Source: Burkholderiaceae bacterium
GTDB lineage: Bacteria > Pseudomonadota > Gammaproteobacteria > Burkholderiales > WYBJ01
DNA: 64,000 bases
Direction: 5' to 3'
Assembly: GCA_011525945.1 (NCBI GenBank)
Contig: WYBJ01000316.1
Span: 2,563 to 66,562 of the forward strand
The notes under the pieces are model-generated. The model searched no databases, was not told the origin of the DNA, and saw only the letters and a program-made list of their open reading frames with translations. Of the stretch, positions 56,370-64,000 are shown piece after piece; the stretch's first letter is position 1, and each line of letters opens with the position of its first letter. The position numbers and the translations under genes were made by a program.

Positions 56370-56491
56370 GCATACGACGTGTCTGCGGTACGAACGGATT
56401 TGATAGAATCGATCGATTTGGTCGACTGCCTGCGGCGTGATCCGCGTCTGCAGGTAGGCTTTGCAGCAGATCTCATGAAAGGGGGAAGCCG

Positions 56492-56731
56492 ATGGAGAAT
56501 GTCGAACAACGCGTGAAGAAGATCGTTGCCGAACAGCTCGGCGTGAACGAGGCCGATGTCAAGAACGAATCGTCGTTCGTCAACGATCTCGGCGCCGACT
56601 CGCTCGACACCGTCGAACTGGTGATGGCTCTGGAGGAGGAATTCGAGACGGAAATTCCCGACGAGGAGGCGGAGAAGATCACCACGGTTCAGCAGGCGGT
56701 CGACTACATCAAGTCGCACGCAAGCAGCTAA
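56492..56731 (+). CDS. acpP: Acyl carrier protein
   Basis: 79 aa with the [20 protein letters not shown] phosphopantetheine attachment motif. Confidence 0.97.
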   Translation: MENVEQRVKKIVAEQLGVNEADVKNESSFVNDLGADSLDTVELVMALEEEFETEIPDEEAEKITTVQQAVDYIKSHASS

Positions 56732-56773
56732 CCGCAGCCCTCGCAGCGCAGCAGCCACGCCATCGCGACCGTC

Positions 56774-58012
56774 GTGTCCCGCCGCAGAGTTGTCATAACC
56801 GGCATGGGAGTCGTCACGCCGGTCGGTATCGGGCTGGGAGAAACATGGCCCAGGATCGTCGGCGGCGAGTCAGGGATCACCCGGATCACGCACTTCGATG
56901 CGACGGCAATGGCCTCGCAGATTGCCGGGGAGATAAAGGCGTTCGACGTATCGAAGTATCTGCCGGCCAAGGAGGCGCGCCGGATGGACCGCTTCGTCCA
57001 TCTTGGACTGGCCGCTTCGATCGAGGCGATCGGCGACAGCGGGCTGGAGGTGACTGCCGCGAACGCCGAGCGCATTGGCGTCATCATCGGCTCGGGCATC
57101 GGTGGATTGCCGATGATCGAGGAAACCCACCGCGAGTACGTGAAGAGCGGGCCGCGCCGTATCTCGCCGTTCTTCGTGCCCGGCACCATCATCAACATGG
57201 TCTCGGGCAATCTGTCGATCATGTTCGGCCTGAAAGGTCCGAATCTCGCCGTGGTGACGGCTTGTACCAGCGCCGCGCACAGTATCGGCGAGGCAGGCCG
57301 GCTGATCGAGTACGGCGATGCGGATGTCATGATTGCGGGTGGTGCGGAGTCCACCGTATCACCGCTGGGGATCGGCGGATTCAGCGCAGCACGGGCACTC
57401 TCCACACGCAATGAAGACCCCGCGGGTGCGAGTCGCCCGTGGGACAGAGGCCGGGACGGGTTCGTGCTCGGAGAGGGCGCGGGTGTGGTCGTGCTGGAGG
57501 AGTACGAGCATGCGAAGCGCCGCGGCGCCAACGTCTACTGCGAGCTTGCAGGTTACGGCATGAGCGCGGATGCGCATCACATGACCGCGCCGTGCGAGGA
57601 CGGGGAGGGCGCGGCGCGCTGCATGATCAATGCGTTACGCAATGCCGGGCTCAATGCGGAGCAGGTGCATTACATCAATGCGCATGGCACGTCTACCGAA
57701 TTGGGCGACATCGCCGAGACGGTCGCAATCAAGCGCTGCTTCGGCCCTGCGGCGCAGAAAGTGGCAATCAGTTCGACCAAATCCATGACCGGGCACTTGC
57801 TGGGCGCCGCTGGAGGCGTCGAGGCCATCTTCAGCGTGCTCGCGATCCGCAACCAGGTGGTGCCGCCGACGATCAATCTCACCGATCCGGACCCGCGCTG
57901 CGACCTCGACTATGTCCCTAACGCCGCTCGCGACATGCGCGTGGACGTCGCGCTCTCCAACTCGTTTGGATTCGGCGGCACCAACGGCACGCTGGTCTTT
58001 CGCCGGATCTGA
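56774..58012 (+). CDS. fabF: 3-oxoacyl-ACP synthase II
   Basis: RRVVITGMG, the active-site [18 protein letters not shown] and [14 protein letters not shown] start. Confidence 0.95.
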   Translation: MSRRRVVITGMGVVTPVGIGLGETWPRIVGGESGITRITHFDATAMASQIAGEIKAFDVSKYLPAKEARRMDRFVHLGLAASIEAIGDSGLEVTAANAERIGVIIGSGIGGLPMIEETHREYVKSGPRRISPFFVPGTIINMVSGNLSIMFGLKGPNLAVVTACTSAAHSIGEAGRLIEYGDADVMIAGGAESTVSPLGIGGFSAARALSTRNEDPAGASRPWDRGRDGFVLGEGAGVVVLEEYEHAKRRGANVYCELAGYGMSADAHHMTAPCEDGEGAARCMINALRNAGLNAEQVHYINAHGTSTELGDIAETVAIKRCFGPAAQKVAISSTKSMTGHLLGAAGGVEAIFSVLAIRNQVVPPTINLTDPDPRCDLDYVPNAARDMRVDVALSNSFGFGGTNGTLVFRRI

Positions 58013-58044
58013 TCGTTCACGATTCCGCGCTTGCGCATGCCGTC

Positions 58045-58857
58045 GTGATCCTCGTGGACGGACTCGTTGCCGATGGCCTTAGCCCGCTCGATCGCGGGCT
58101 TGCTTATGGCGATGGCGTGTTTCGCACCATGCGCGCCGAGTCGGGTCGGGTGCGGCTGTGGCCCGCACACTATCGCAAGCTCGAGCACGATTGCGCGCGG
58201 CTCGCGATCGCGTGTCCCGCGGCGTCGGTGCTAGGTGCCGATATCGAACGTATCCTGCGTGTCGAGCCCGATTGCAGCATGAAAATCATCGTCACGCGAG
58301 GGCGCGGCGGCCGCGGCTTCGCGCTGCCGGCGCGTGTCAAGCCAACGCGGGTGGTCGCAAGCTTTCCGCTGCCGCTGCCGCCAGCCGGCTGTGATGAGCA
58401 CGGTGTGCGCGTGCGCTGGTGCGACATACGCTTGGCCGAGCAACCGGCGCTGGCTGGCGTGAAGCACTTGAACCGATTGGAGAATGTGCTTGCGCGCAGC
58501 GAGTGGGCCGATCCCGCCATCGCCGAAGGCATCCTGCGCGATGGGCGTGGTCAGGTGATCGAGGGTACGATGAGCAACGTCTTTCTACTGGCGCGCGATC
58601 GGCTCGCGACGCCGGCGCTCGACCGCTGCGGCGTGGCCGGCGTGCAGCGCGAGCGGCTGATCGCGCTCGCGCAGCGCGTTTGCCGCGGCTGCGAGATCGG
58701 CCCGATCACGCCCGAGCGGCTGCTCGCGGCCGACCAGGTGTACCTCGTCAATAGCGTGATTGGCATATGGTGGGTGAGGGCGCTGGAGGCGCGCACCTGG
58801 CGGCGGAACGAGCTTACGCCGATTCTGCAAGCCGCCCTGCAGGCGGACGATGGCTAG
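58045..58857 (+). CDS. pabC: Aminodeoxychorismate lyase (class IV aminotransferase fold)
   Basis: DRGLAYGDGVFRT, GVKHLNRLENVLAR and E.TMSNVF motifs. Its position between fabF and mltG matches E. coli. Confidence 0.85.
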   Translation: MILVDGLVADGLSPLDRGLAYGDGVFRTMRAESGRVRLWPAHYRKLEHDCARLAIACPAASVLGADIERILRVEPDCSMKIIVTRGRGGRGFALPARVKPTRVVASFPLPLPPAGCDEHGVRVRWCDIRLAEQPALAGVKHLNRLENVLARSEWADPAIAEGILRDGRGQVIEGTMSNVFLLARDRLATPALDRCGVAGVQRERLIALAQRVCRGCEIGPITPERLLAADQVYLVNSVIGIWWVRALEARTWRRNELTPILQAALQADDG

Positions 58858-59872
58858 GGTGTGCGCGCGTACATGGGCGTGGTTCGGAGCGGGCATCGCT
58901 TGCGCAATCGCCCTCGCGTGTGCGTGGCTCGCCATGTTCGTCTGGCGCCCGCTCGATTTCCCGGGCGGGATGCGTGAGTTCGATATCGAGCACGGCGCGA
59001 GCTTGCGCACCGTGGCGCGACGCTTGCACCAGGCTGGCGTGTTGCCCGATGCGTGGCGCTTCGAACTGCTGGGGCGGATCGCCGGGCGCGATGCCGACTT
59101 GAAGGCGGGAAGTTATCAGCTCGATGCGCGCTGGTCGGCGCTCGAGTTGTTGAATGCAATCACCGGCGCTGCCGCGGTCCGCCTGGAGCGCATCGCGCTG
59201 GTCGAGGGTTGGACATTTCGCCAGGTGCGCGCCGCGCTCGACTCGCACCCGGCGCTCGAGCACCTGACGGCGACGCTGTCCGACGACGCGGTGCTGCTGC
59301 GGCTCGGCATCGAGCGGCCGAGCCCGGAGGGGTTGTTCTATCCGGATAGTTACTATTTTCCCAAGGGAACGGCCGATTACTCGGTACTGCGGCGCGCGGC
59401 GCTGCGCATGCGAGCGATGCTCGCGCAGCAGTGGGCGCAGCGCGACAGGGGATTGCCGCTGCGCGATGCCTACGAGGCGCTGATCGTCGCCTCGATCGTC
59501 GAGAAGGAGACTGCGCGCGAAGCCGATCGACCGCTCGTGGCCGCGGTGCTGCTCAATCGCTTGCGCAAGGGTATGCGCCTGCAGGCCGACCCGACAGTGA
59601 TCTACGGTCTGGGCGAAGATTTCGACGGCAACCTGCGCCGGCACCATCTGGCCGCCGACAATCCTTACAATACGTATGTGCGTGCGGGTCTGCCGCCGAC
59701 GCCGATCGCAATACCGGGTCTCGCCTCGCTCGTCGCGGCTGTCAAGCCGGCAGCTTCGGCTGCGCTGTACTTTGTCGCCCGCGGTGACGGCAGCAGCCAC
59801 TTCTCCGAGTCGCTCGATGAGCACAACCGCGCCGTGAACAAGTTCCAGCGCCAGTCCGGATCTGCTCGATGA
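58850..59872 (+). CDS. mltG: Endolytic murein transglycosylase MltG (YceG family)
   Basis: N-terminal TM segment, EGLFYPDSYYF, ASIVEKET and the LPPTPI..PG catalytic region. It overlaps the pabC stop. Confidence 0.9.
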   Translation: MARVCARTWAWFGAGIACAIALACAWLAMFVWRPLDFPGGMREFDIEHGASLRTVARRLHQAGVLPDAWRFELLGRIAGRDADLKAGSYQLDARWSALELLNAITGAAAVRLERIALVEGWTFRQVRAALDSHPALEHLTATLSDDAVLLRLGIERPSPEGLFYPDSYYFPKGTADYSVLRRAALRMRAMLAQQWAQRDRGLPLRDAYEALIVASIVEKETAREADRPLVAAVLLNRLRKGMRLQADPTVIYGLGEDFDGNLRRHHLAADNPYNTYVRAGLPPTPIAIPGLASLVAAVKPAASAALYFVARGDGSSHFSESLDEHNRAVNKFQRQSGSAR

Positions 59873-60474
59873 GCGGGTTATTCCTCACCGTCGAGGGCAT
59901 CGACGGAGCCGGCAAAAGCAGCTTCATCGGCTGGATCGAGCGCCGTCTGAGGGCCAAGGGGGCCGACGTGGTGGTGACGCGGGAGCCGGGCGGGACGGCT
60001 GTGGGTGAGGAGTTGCGGCGACTGATACTTAGCTTCGAGATCGATCCTGTGACCGAAGCGCTGCTCGTGTTTGCTGCGCGCAAGGAGCATCTCGTGCGTG
60101 TTGTCGTACCGGCACTGGAGCGCGGGGCTTGCGTCGTTTGCGATCGCTTCACCGACGCCACCTTTGCGTACCAGGGCGCGGGGCGCGGGGTCGACACCGG
60201 GTGGCTTGCGCAGTTGGAGATCTGGGTTCAGGCGAAACTGCAACCCGATTGCACGATTTTGTTCGATCTGCCCGTTGCTCTGGCCCGGCATCGCAGCGCG
60301 GCGGCACGCATACCGGATCGCTTCGAGGCGCAACAGGAGGCGTTCTTCGAGCGTGTGCGCGAGTGCTACCTCCTGCGTGCGGCACGCGACCCGGGCCGAT
60401 TTCGCATCATCGATGCGGCGCAGTCGATGACGCAGATCGAGGCGCAGCTCGAGGCGATCGACCTGCTGCGATGA
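59869..60474 (+). CDS. tmk: dTMP kinase
   Basis: FLTVEGIDGAGKSS P-loop, REPGGT and DRF.DATFAYQG motifs. ATGA overlap with mltG. Confidence 0.95.
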   Translation: MSGLFLTVEGIDGAGKSSFIGWIERRLRAKGADVVVTREPGGTAVGEELRRLILSFEIDPVTEALLVFAARKEHLVRVVVPALERGACVVCDRFTDATFAYQGAGRGVDTGWLAQLEIWVQAKLQPDCTILFDLPVALARHRSAAARIPDRFEAQQEAFFERVRECYLLRAARDPGRFRIIDAAQSMTQIEAQLEAIDLLR

Positions 60475-61490
60475 GTAACACCGTGTATGAGTGGCAGCAA
60501 GCCGCCTGGCAATTTAGCCGCGCTGCGCTCGCGCGCGGCGGGCATGCGCTGCTTCTGACGGGTGCGCGGGGCTGCGGCAAGCGCGATCTCGCATTGGCTC
60601 TGGCCGCGGCATACTTGTGCGATGCGCCGCGGTCCGACGGGCGTGCCTGCGGATCGTGCGAGAGCTGCCGCTGGCTCGCAGCCGGTTCGCATCCTGATTT
60701 CGCGCTGATCGAGCCGTTGATCGAGAGTGACGACGCCGAAGCCAAGGCGAGCGCGGCGACGAGACGCTCGAGCGTGATTACCGTCAACCAGATCCGCGAA
60801 ACGTGCGACCTCCTGGAGATCACGGCGCATCGCGATGCCGGCAAGGCGATCGTGATCCATCCGGCCGAGGCGCTCAATGCTGCCGCCTCGAATGCGCTGC
60901 TGAAGAGCCTGGAGGAACCACCGCCGCGAACGGTCTTTCTGCTCGTATCACATCGGCCCGCGCTCCTGCTGCCCACCGTGCGCAGCCGCTGCCAGTTCGT
61001 GCCGGTGCGCATTGCCGATCCGCTCTGCGCGCAGCGCTGGCTGGCAGCGAATACGCAATGCGAAGCTCCCGACCTGATGCTCGCCTTGGCGGGCGGCGCG
61101 CCGCTCGCCGCCGCCGCGATCGCCGCCGATCCCGCATGGACGCGCCGGAGCGGGTTTCTGCGCGCGCTCGGCGCGCCCGATGCCGATCCTGTGCGCATCG
61201 CCGACGTGTACCGCGACCTGGCACCGGCCCAGGTATTGTCGTGGTTACAGACCTGGACCTACGACCTCGTACAGTTCCGCTTCTGCGGGCGTACCCGGTA
61301 TCATCGCGACCTGGAATCGATTGCGGGCGGAATCGCCCAATCGCTGCATCCGATCGCGGCGACTCGGTTGCACCGGGATCTGGTCGCTTTGCAACGGCAC
61401 ATCAATCATCCCTTGAACGCTCGGTTGTTGGTCGAAGCCATGCTGATTGCGTATCAGCGGGCTGTCGCGCGAGATGTGACGTCGGCATGA
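60471..61490 (+). CDS. holB: DNA polymerase III subunit delta'
   Basis: HALLLTGARGCGKRDLALALAAAYLC...C.SCESCRW...HPDF...NALLKSLEEPP...SRCQ. The ATG overlaps the tmk stop. This is the C-terminal 339 codons of track ORF 60129..61490. Confidence 0.9.
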   Translation: MSNTVYEWQQAAWQFSRAALARGGHALLLTGARGCGKRDLALALAAAYLCDAPRSDGRACGSCESCRWLAAGSHPDFALIEPLIESDDAEAKASAATRRSSVITVNQIRETCDLLEITAHRDAGKAIVIHPAEALNAAASNALLKSLEEPPPRTVFLLVSHRPALLLPTVRSRCQFVPVRIADPLCAQRWLAANTQCEAPDLMLALAGGAPLAAAAIAADPAWTRRSGFLRALGAPDADPVRIADVYRDLAPAQVLSWLQTWTYDLVQFRFCGRTRYHRDLESIAGGIAQSLHPIAATRLHRDLVALQRHINHPLNARLLVEAMLIAYQRAVARDVTSA

Positions 61491-62269
61491 GCATGGATAT
61501 CGACGCGGGTTTGGTTGACTCGCACTGCCACATCGATTTTCCGGATCTCGCCGGCGACATTTCAGGTGTGCTCGAGCGCATGGCCGATAGTGGCGTTACG
61601 CACGCGGTGTGCGTGAGTGTCAATCTGCAGGATTTTCCACGCGTCCTGCGACTTGCACACGAGCATTCGAATATCTTTGCGAGCGCCGGGGTGCATCCTG
61701 ATCACAGCGGAGACGAGCCGTCGGAGTCGGAATTGCGCGCGGCGGCAAGCGACGGGCGCGTCATCGCGGTCGGTGAAACGGGCCTCGACTACTACCGCTC
61801 GAGCGGGGATCTCGAAGCGCAACGCGAGCGCTTTCGGCGTCACATTCGCGTTGCGCGCGAGATTCGCAAGCCGCTCATCATCCACTGCCGCCAGTCGGCA
61901 GACGATCTGCTGCGCATCATGCACGAGGAAGGTGCTCGTGAGGCAGGCGGCGTGATGCATTGTTTCACCGAGTCCTGGGCGGTGGCCGAGCGGGCGATGG
62001 CGATGAACTTCCACATTTCGTTTTCGGGAATCGTGACGTTTCGCAACGCCGAGACGCTGCGCGAGGTAGCACGGCGCGTTCCGCTCGAGCGTATGCTGAT
62101 CGAAACGGACTCCCCGTACCTGGCGCCGGTACCCCATCGGGGCAAGACCAACGAGCCGGCATTCGTGCGCCACGTCGCCGAGGCTATCGCGCGAGTGCGC
62201 TCACTTCCAGTGGCGCAGATCGCTGCCGCCACGACCGAAAATTTCAACCGGTTATTTCATGCATTCTGA
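61487..62269 (+). CDS. ycfH: TatD-family metal-dependent hydrolase (YcfH-like)
   Basis: LVDSHCHIDF, GVHP, IGETGLDYY, IIHCR, FSGIVTF and ETDSPYLAP motifs. The ATG overlaps the holB stop. The position after holB matches E. coli ycfH. Confidence 0.9.
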   Translation: MSMDIDAGLVDSHCHIDFPDLAGDISGVLERMADSGVTHAVCVSVNLQDFPRVLRLAHEHSNIFASAGVHPDHSGDEPSESELRAAASDGRVIAVGETGLDYYRSSGDLEAQRERFRRHIRVAREIRKPLIIHCRQSADDLLRIMHEEGAREAGGVMHCFTESWAVAERAMAMNFHISFSGIVTFRNAETLREVARRVPLERMLIETDSPYLAPVPHRGKTNEPAFVRHVAEAIARVRSLPVAQIAAATTENFNRLFHAF

Positions 62270-62276
62270 CGCCACC

Positions 62277-62918
62277 ATGTTGCAATTTAAACGTTTCCTT
62301 GTGCTTCTCTGCCTAGCGATCGGGATGCGCACCGCGCTCGCGTCCGATTCCTACGAAGCGATGCTTGCAGCCGTGAAGAACGGCGATGTGTCCGTAGTCA
62401 ACGAACTGCTGGCCAAGGGAATCGATGTCGACTCGACCGATCGAATCGGCAGCACCCTCCTGATATCGGCATCGAGCCTCGGGCAGCTCGACGTCGCCAA
62501 GGCGCTGGTAGCGCACAAGGCGAACCTGAATGCGCGCAATCAATACGGGGAATCGGCCCTGATGTCGGCAGCTATCCGCGGGCATCGTGGGCTGGTCGAA
62601 TACTTGCTCGCGAGCGGCGCCGAGGTCAATGCGCCGGGGTGGACGGCGCTCATGTTCGCGGCGGTGAAAGGACACGACGAAATCGCGCGCGTACTGATCG
62701 CGAAGGGCGCCAACGTGAATGCTTCATCCGAAAACGGCACGACAGCGCTCATGCTGGCTGCCAAGGAAGGCAATCTCGATACCGTGTTATTGCTGCTCGA
62801 GCGCGGTGCTGCGCCGAACTTGCGGAATCTCGCCGGAGCCACGGCGCTGGGACTGGCACTCGAAGGTGGCCGCAAAAACGTTGTGGCCGCATTGATCCGG
62901 TCGGGCGCCGAACAATGA
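62277..62918 (+). CDS. Secreted ankyrin-repeat protein
   Basis: Signal peptide MLQFKRFLVLLCLAIGMRTALA/SD, followed by about five ankyrin repeats (G.TALM.AA..G...VV..LL..GA..N). Track ORF start 62259 overlaps the tatD-family stop; ATG 62277 gives the canonical signal peptide. Confidence 0.85.
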   Translation: MLQFKRFLVLLCLAIGMRTALASDSYEAMLAAVKNGDVSVVNELLAKGIDVDSTDRIGSTLLISASSLGQLDVAKALVAHKANLNARNQYGESALMSAAIRGHRGLVEYLLASGAEVNAPGWTALMFAAVKGHDEIARVLIAKGANVNASSENGTTALMLAAKEGNLDTVLLLLERGAAPNLRNLAGATALGLALEGGRKNVVAALIRSGAEQ

Positions 62919-62930
62919 CAGGCTTCGGCT

Positions 62931-62957
62931 GCCAGCAGCGGGGCCTCCGCTGCTGGC
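62931..62957 (+). terminator. Perfect 11-bp stem / 5-nt loop hairpin after the ankyrin gene
   Basis: gccagcagcgg-ggcct-ccgctgctggc, beginning 13 nt after the stop codon. It is followed by AAAAC rather than a T tract, so an intrinsic-terminator function is unproven. Confidence 0.4.
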
Positions 62958-63093
62958 AAAACATGTCGCCTAATGTGTATTATGTCAAATGACAGATGCG
63001 CCGGATTTCCGCCATGTACTCGATCCCGGCGCCGTAGCACGGCCGCCATAGAATCGCCGGCGTCGCAGTTGTGAAATCAAGTCCGACAGGCCC

Positions 63094-63675
63094 CTAGGGG
63101 TTGCCTGAGTCGCCGTCGGCGCGCCGTGCGGCCACGGCTGCGGCAAACTCGCCCTGCACGGTCCCCAGCGTCTTGAGCCAGCGCTGACCACCGAATGTGA
63201 AGCCTATCCAGTACCCGAGCTCGACCAGTTCGGGTTCGGTGAATTCCGCATGCAGCGCCGACCATAGCTTGTCGTCGGCCTGCGCCGGGTCGTACATGAT
63301 CGCATCCGCATAGCGCAGAGCGAGCTTTTCGCGCGGGGTGAAGCGCGCTGACTTCTCGTAAGCCATCAGCTCGCTCATACGACTATCCGCCTCCCGCGCC
63401 GACCGCGCGGTGCCCTGATTACTTCAGTATCGGCACTCGACCGTGTAGGCGACATAGGCGCGCGTCAGCTCCTTCAGATCGTGCTCGAGTACCCCCGCGC
63501 CATCGTCGAACAGCATCTTGCGGGTGACGGTGAAAGAGCGCATGACATCGGGCTGATGCGCCCGGATCGCTTGATTCTCGGGACCCGGCCGACCGGCCGT
63601 AATAGCTTCCTGCAGCCACTCGCGGCATTGCGGGTCGGAAATGGCACTCGGATCGACGTAGCTGATGTGCGCCAT
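63094..63675 (-). CDS. Carboxymuconolactone decarboxylase/AhpD-like family protein with in-frame TGA (63424..63426): candidate selenoprotein (CxxU); alternatively a nonsense-disrupted pseudogene
   Basis: Track ORFs 63424..63675 and 63094..63378 share strand and frame and are separated only by one TGA and 15 sense codons. The merged 193-codon product has the CMD-family layout (MAHISYVDP...ECRY[TGA]SNQG...FTPREKLALRYADAIM...FTEPELVELGY). The TGA sits at the second Cys of the family's CxxC motif. Confidence 0.6.
63394..63410 (-). promoter_or_regulatory. SECIS-like stem-loop downstream of the in-frame TGA
   Basis: On the mRNA: UGA, 13 nt, then CCGCGC-GGUCG-GCGCGG (six G:C pairs, 5-nt loop with leading GGU). 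The loop starts 19 nt after the UGA. Confidence 0.45.
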
Positions 63676-63797
63676 GGACAGCTCCTCAGCGAGCTAGTCT
63701 ACCGCAGGGCGGCGTGTGGGGCACGCCGCGCAGCAATTGGACATCGTAACCGTGTTTTCTTAGACTGATCCTCTCGCGGACCTCGAGGGATGGATTC

Positions 63798-64000
63798 ATG
63801 AGCACAGGATTCGAAATCGTCAATCCGATCGCGCGGGTGTCGAGCGCGGACGTCGGCGCCGCTGCGGGCGCGAGGCGCGTCACCCAGGTCGAAGGCTTGC
63901 GCATCGGCCTCCTGGACAACGGGATGCCGCACGCGGTTGATTTTCTGACGCACCTGGGCGCGGCATTCGAGCGCCGCTACCGCACGCCGATCATCATGCG
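63798..64000 (+). CDS. Hypothetical protein, 3' end outside window (divergent from the AhpD-like gene)
   Basis: ATG 63798 lies 8 nt after GAGGGA and the frame is open for 67 codons to the window edge (MSTGFEIVNPIARVSSADVG...LRIGLLDNGMPHAVDFLTHLGAAFERRYRTPIIM). It is absent from the track because no stop is reached. Confidence 0.45.
   Translation, partial: MSTGFEIVNPIARVSSADVGAAAGARRVTQVEGLRIGLLDNGMPHAVDFLTHLGAAFERRYRTPIIM

Noticed and set aside
63094-63675. Calling 63424..63675 and 63094..63378 as two independent small genes.
   Set aside because: They are in the same frame and separated by one TGA. The two halves correspond to the N- and C-terminal parts of one CMD/AhpD-like protein, and neither half is a plausible stand-alone product. 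The remaining alternatives, selenoprotein or nonsense pseudogene, are kept open in the findings.

Overview
GC-rich proteobacterial chromosomal core segment; the gene order is typical of Beta-/Gammaproteobacteria. It is tightly packed and almost entirely housekeeping.

Gene content, left to right:
- GNAT (5' partial), NRDE-family protein and ygfZ.
- A same-strand run: HlyB-type ABC exporter, HlyD adaptor, small YgfX/CptA-like membrane protein, MTAP-family phosphorylase, def.
- glnD-map (minus strand).
- rpsB-tsf-pyrH-frr-uppS-cdsA-dxr-rseP-bamA-skp-lpxD-fabZ-lpxA-lpxB-rnhB.
- CopD-like membrane protein and a TrmH-family methyltransferase.
- ppsR / ppsA (divergent).
- pyrG-kdsA-eno-ftsB-folD.
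- A ~1180-aa GltD-like/PyrK-like fusion oxidoreductase.
- Class-I aminotransferase / uvrB (divergent) and an LMW-PTP.
- A PrpF-family gene.
- rne / rluC (divergent, long leader).
- sppA and an RsmI-like methylase.
- maf / yceD-rpmF-plsX-fabH-fabD-fabG-acpP-fabF-pabC-mltG-tmk-holB-ycfH, followed by a secreted ankyrin-repeat protein.

No rRNA, tRNA, CRISPR, IS/transposase, integrase or phage genes were recognised.

Non-routine items:
1. At the right edge, an AhpD/CMD-family gene is interrupted by a single in-frame TGA exactly at the second Cys of its CxxC motif. A correctly spaced GC hairpin with a GGUCG loop follows it. This makes it a candidate selenoprotein (CxxU) that ORF callers split in two. 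A divergent partial ORF runs off the window next to it.
2. An orphan type I secretion ABC/MFP pair is translationally coupled to a YgfX-like protein next to ygfZ. No substrate, outer-membrane factor or sdhE is in view.
3. A large multi-domain redox fusion protein lies next to a divergent 42-codon membrane micro-ORF.

Many long ORFs in the track are antisense or out-of-frame shadows of real genes, as expected at this GC content, and were not called. Start codons were refined by eye where the conserved N-terminus was recognisable. All coordinates include the stop codon.
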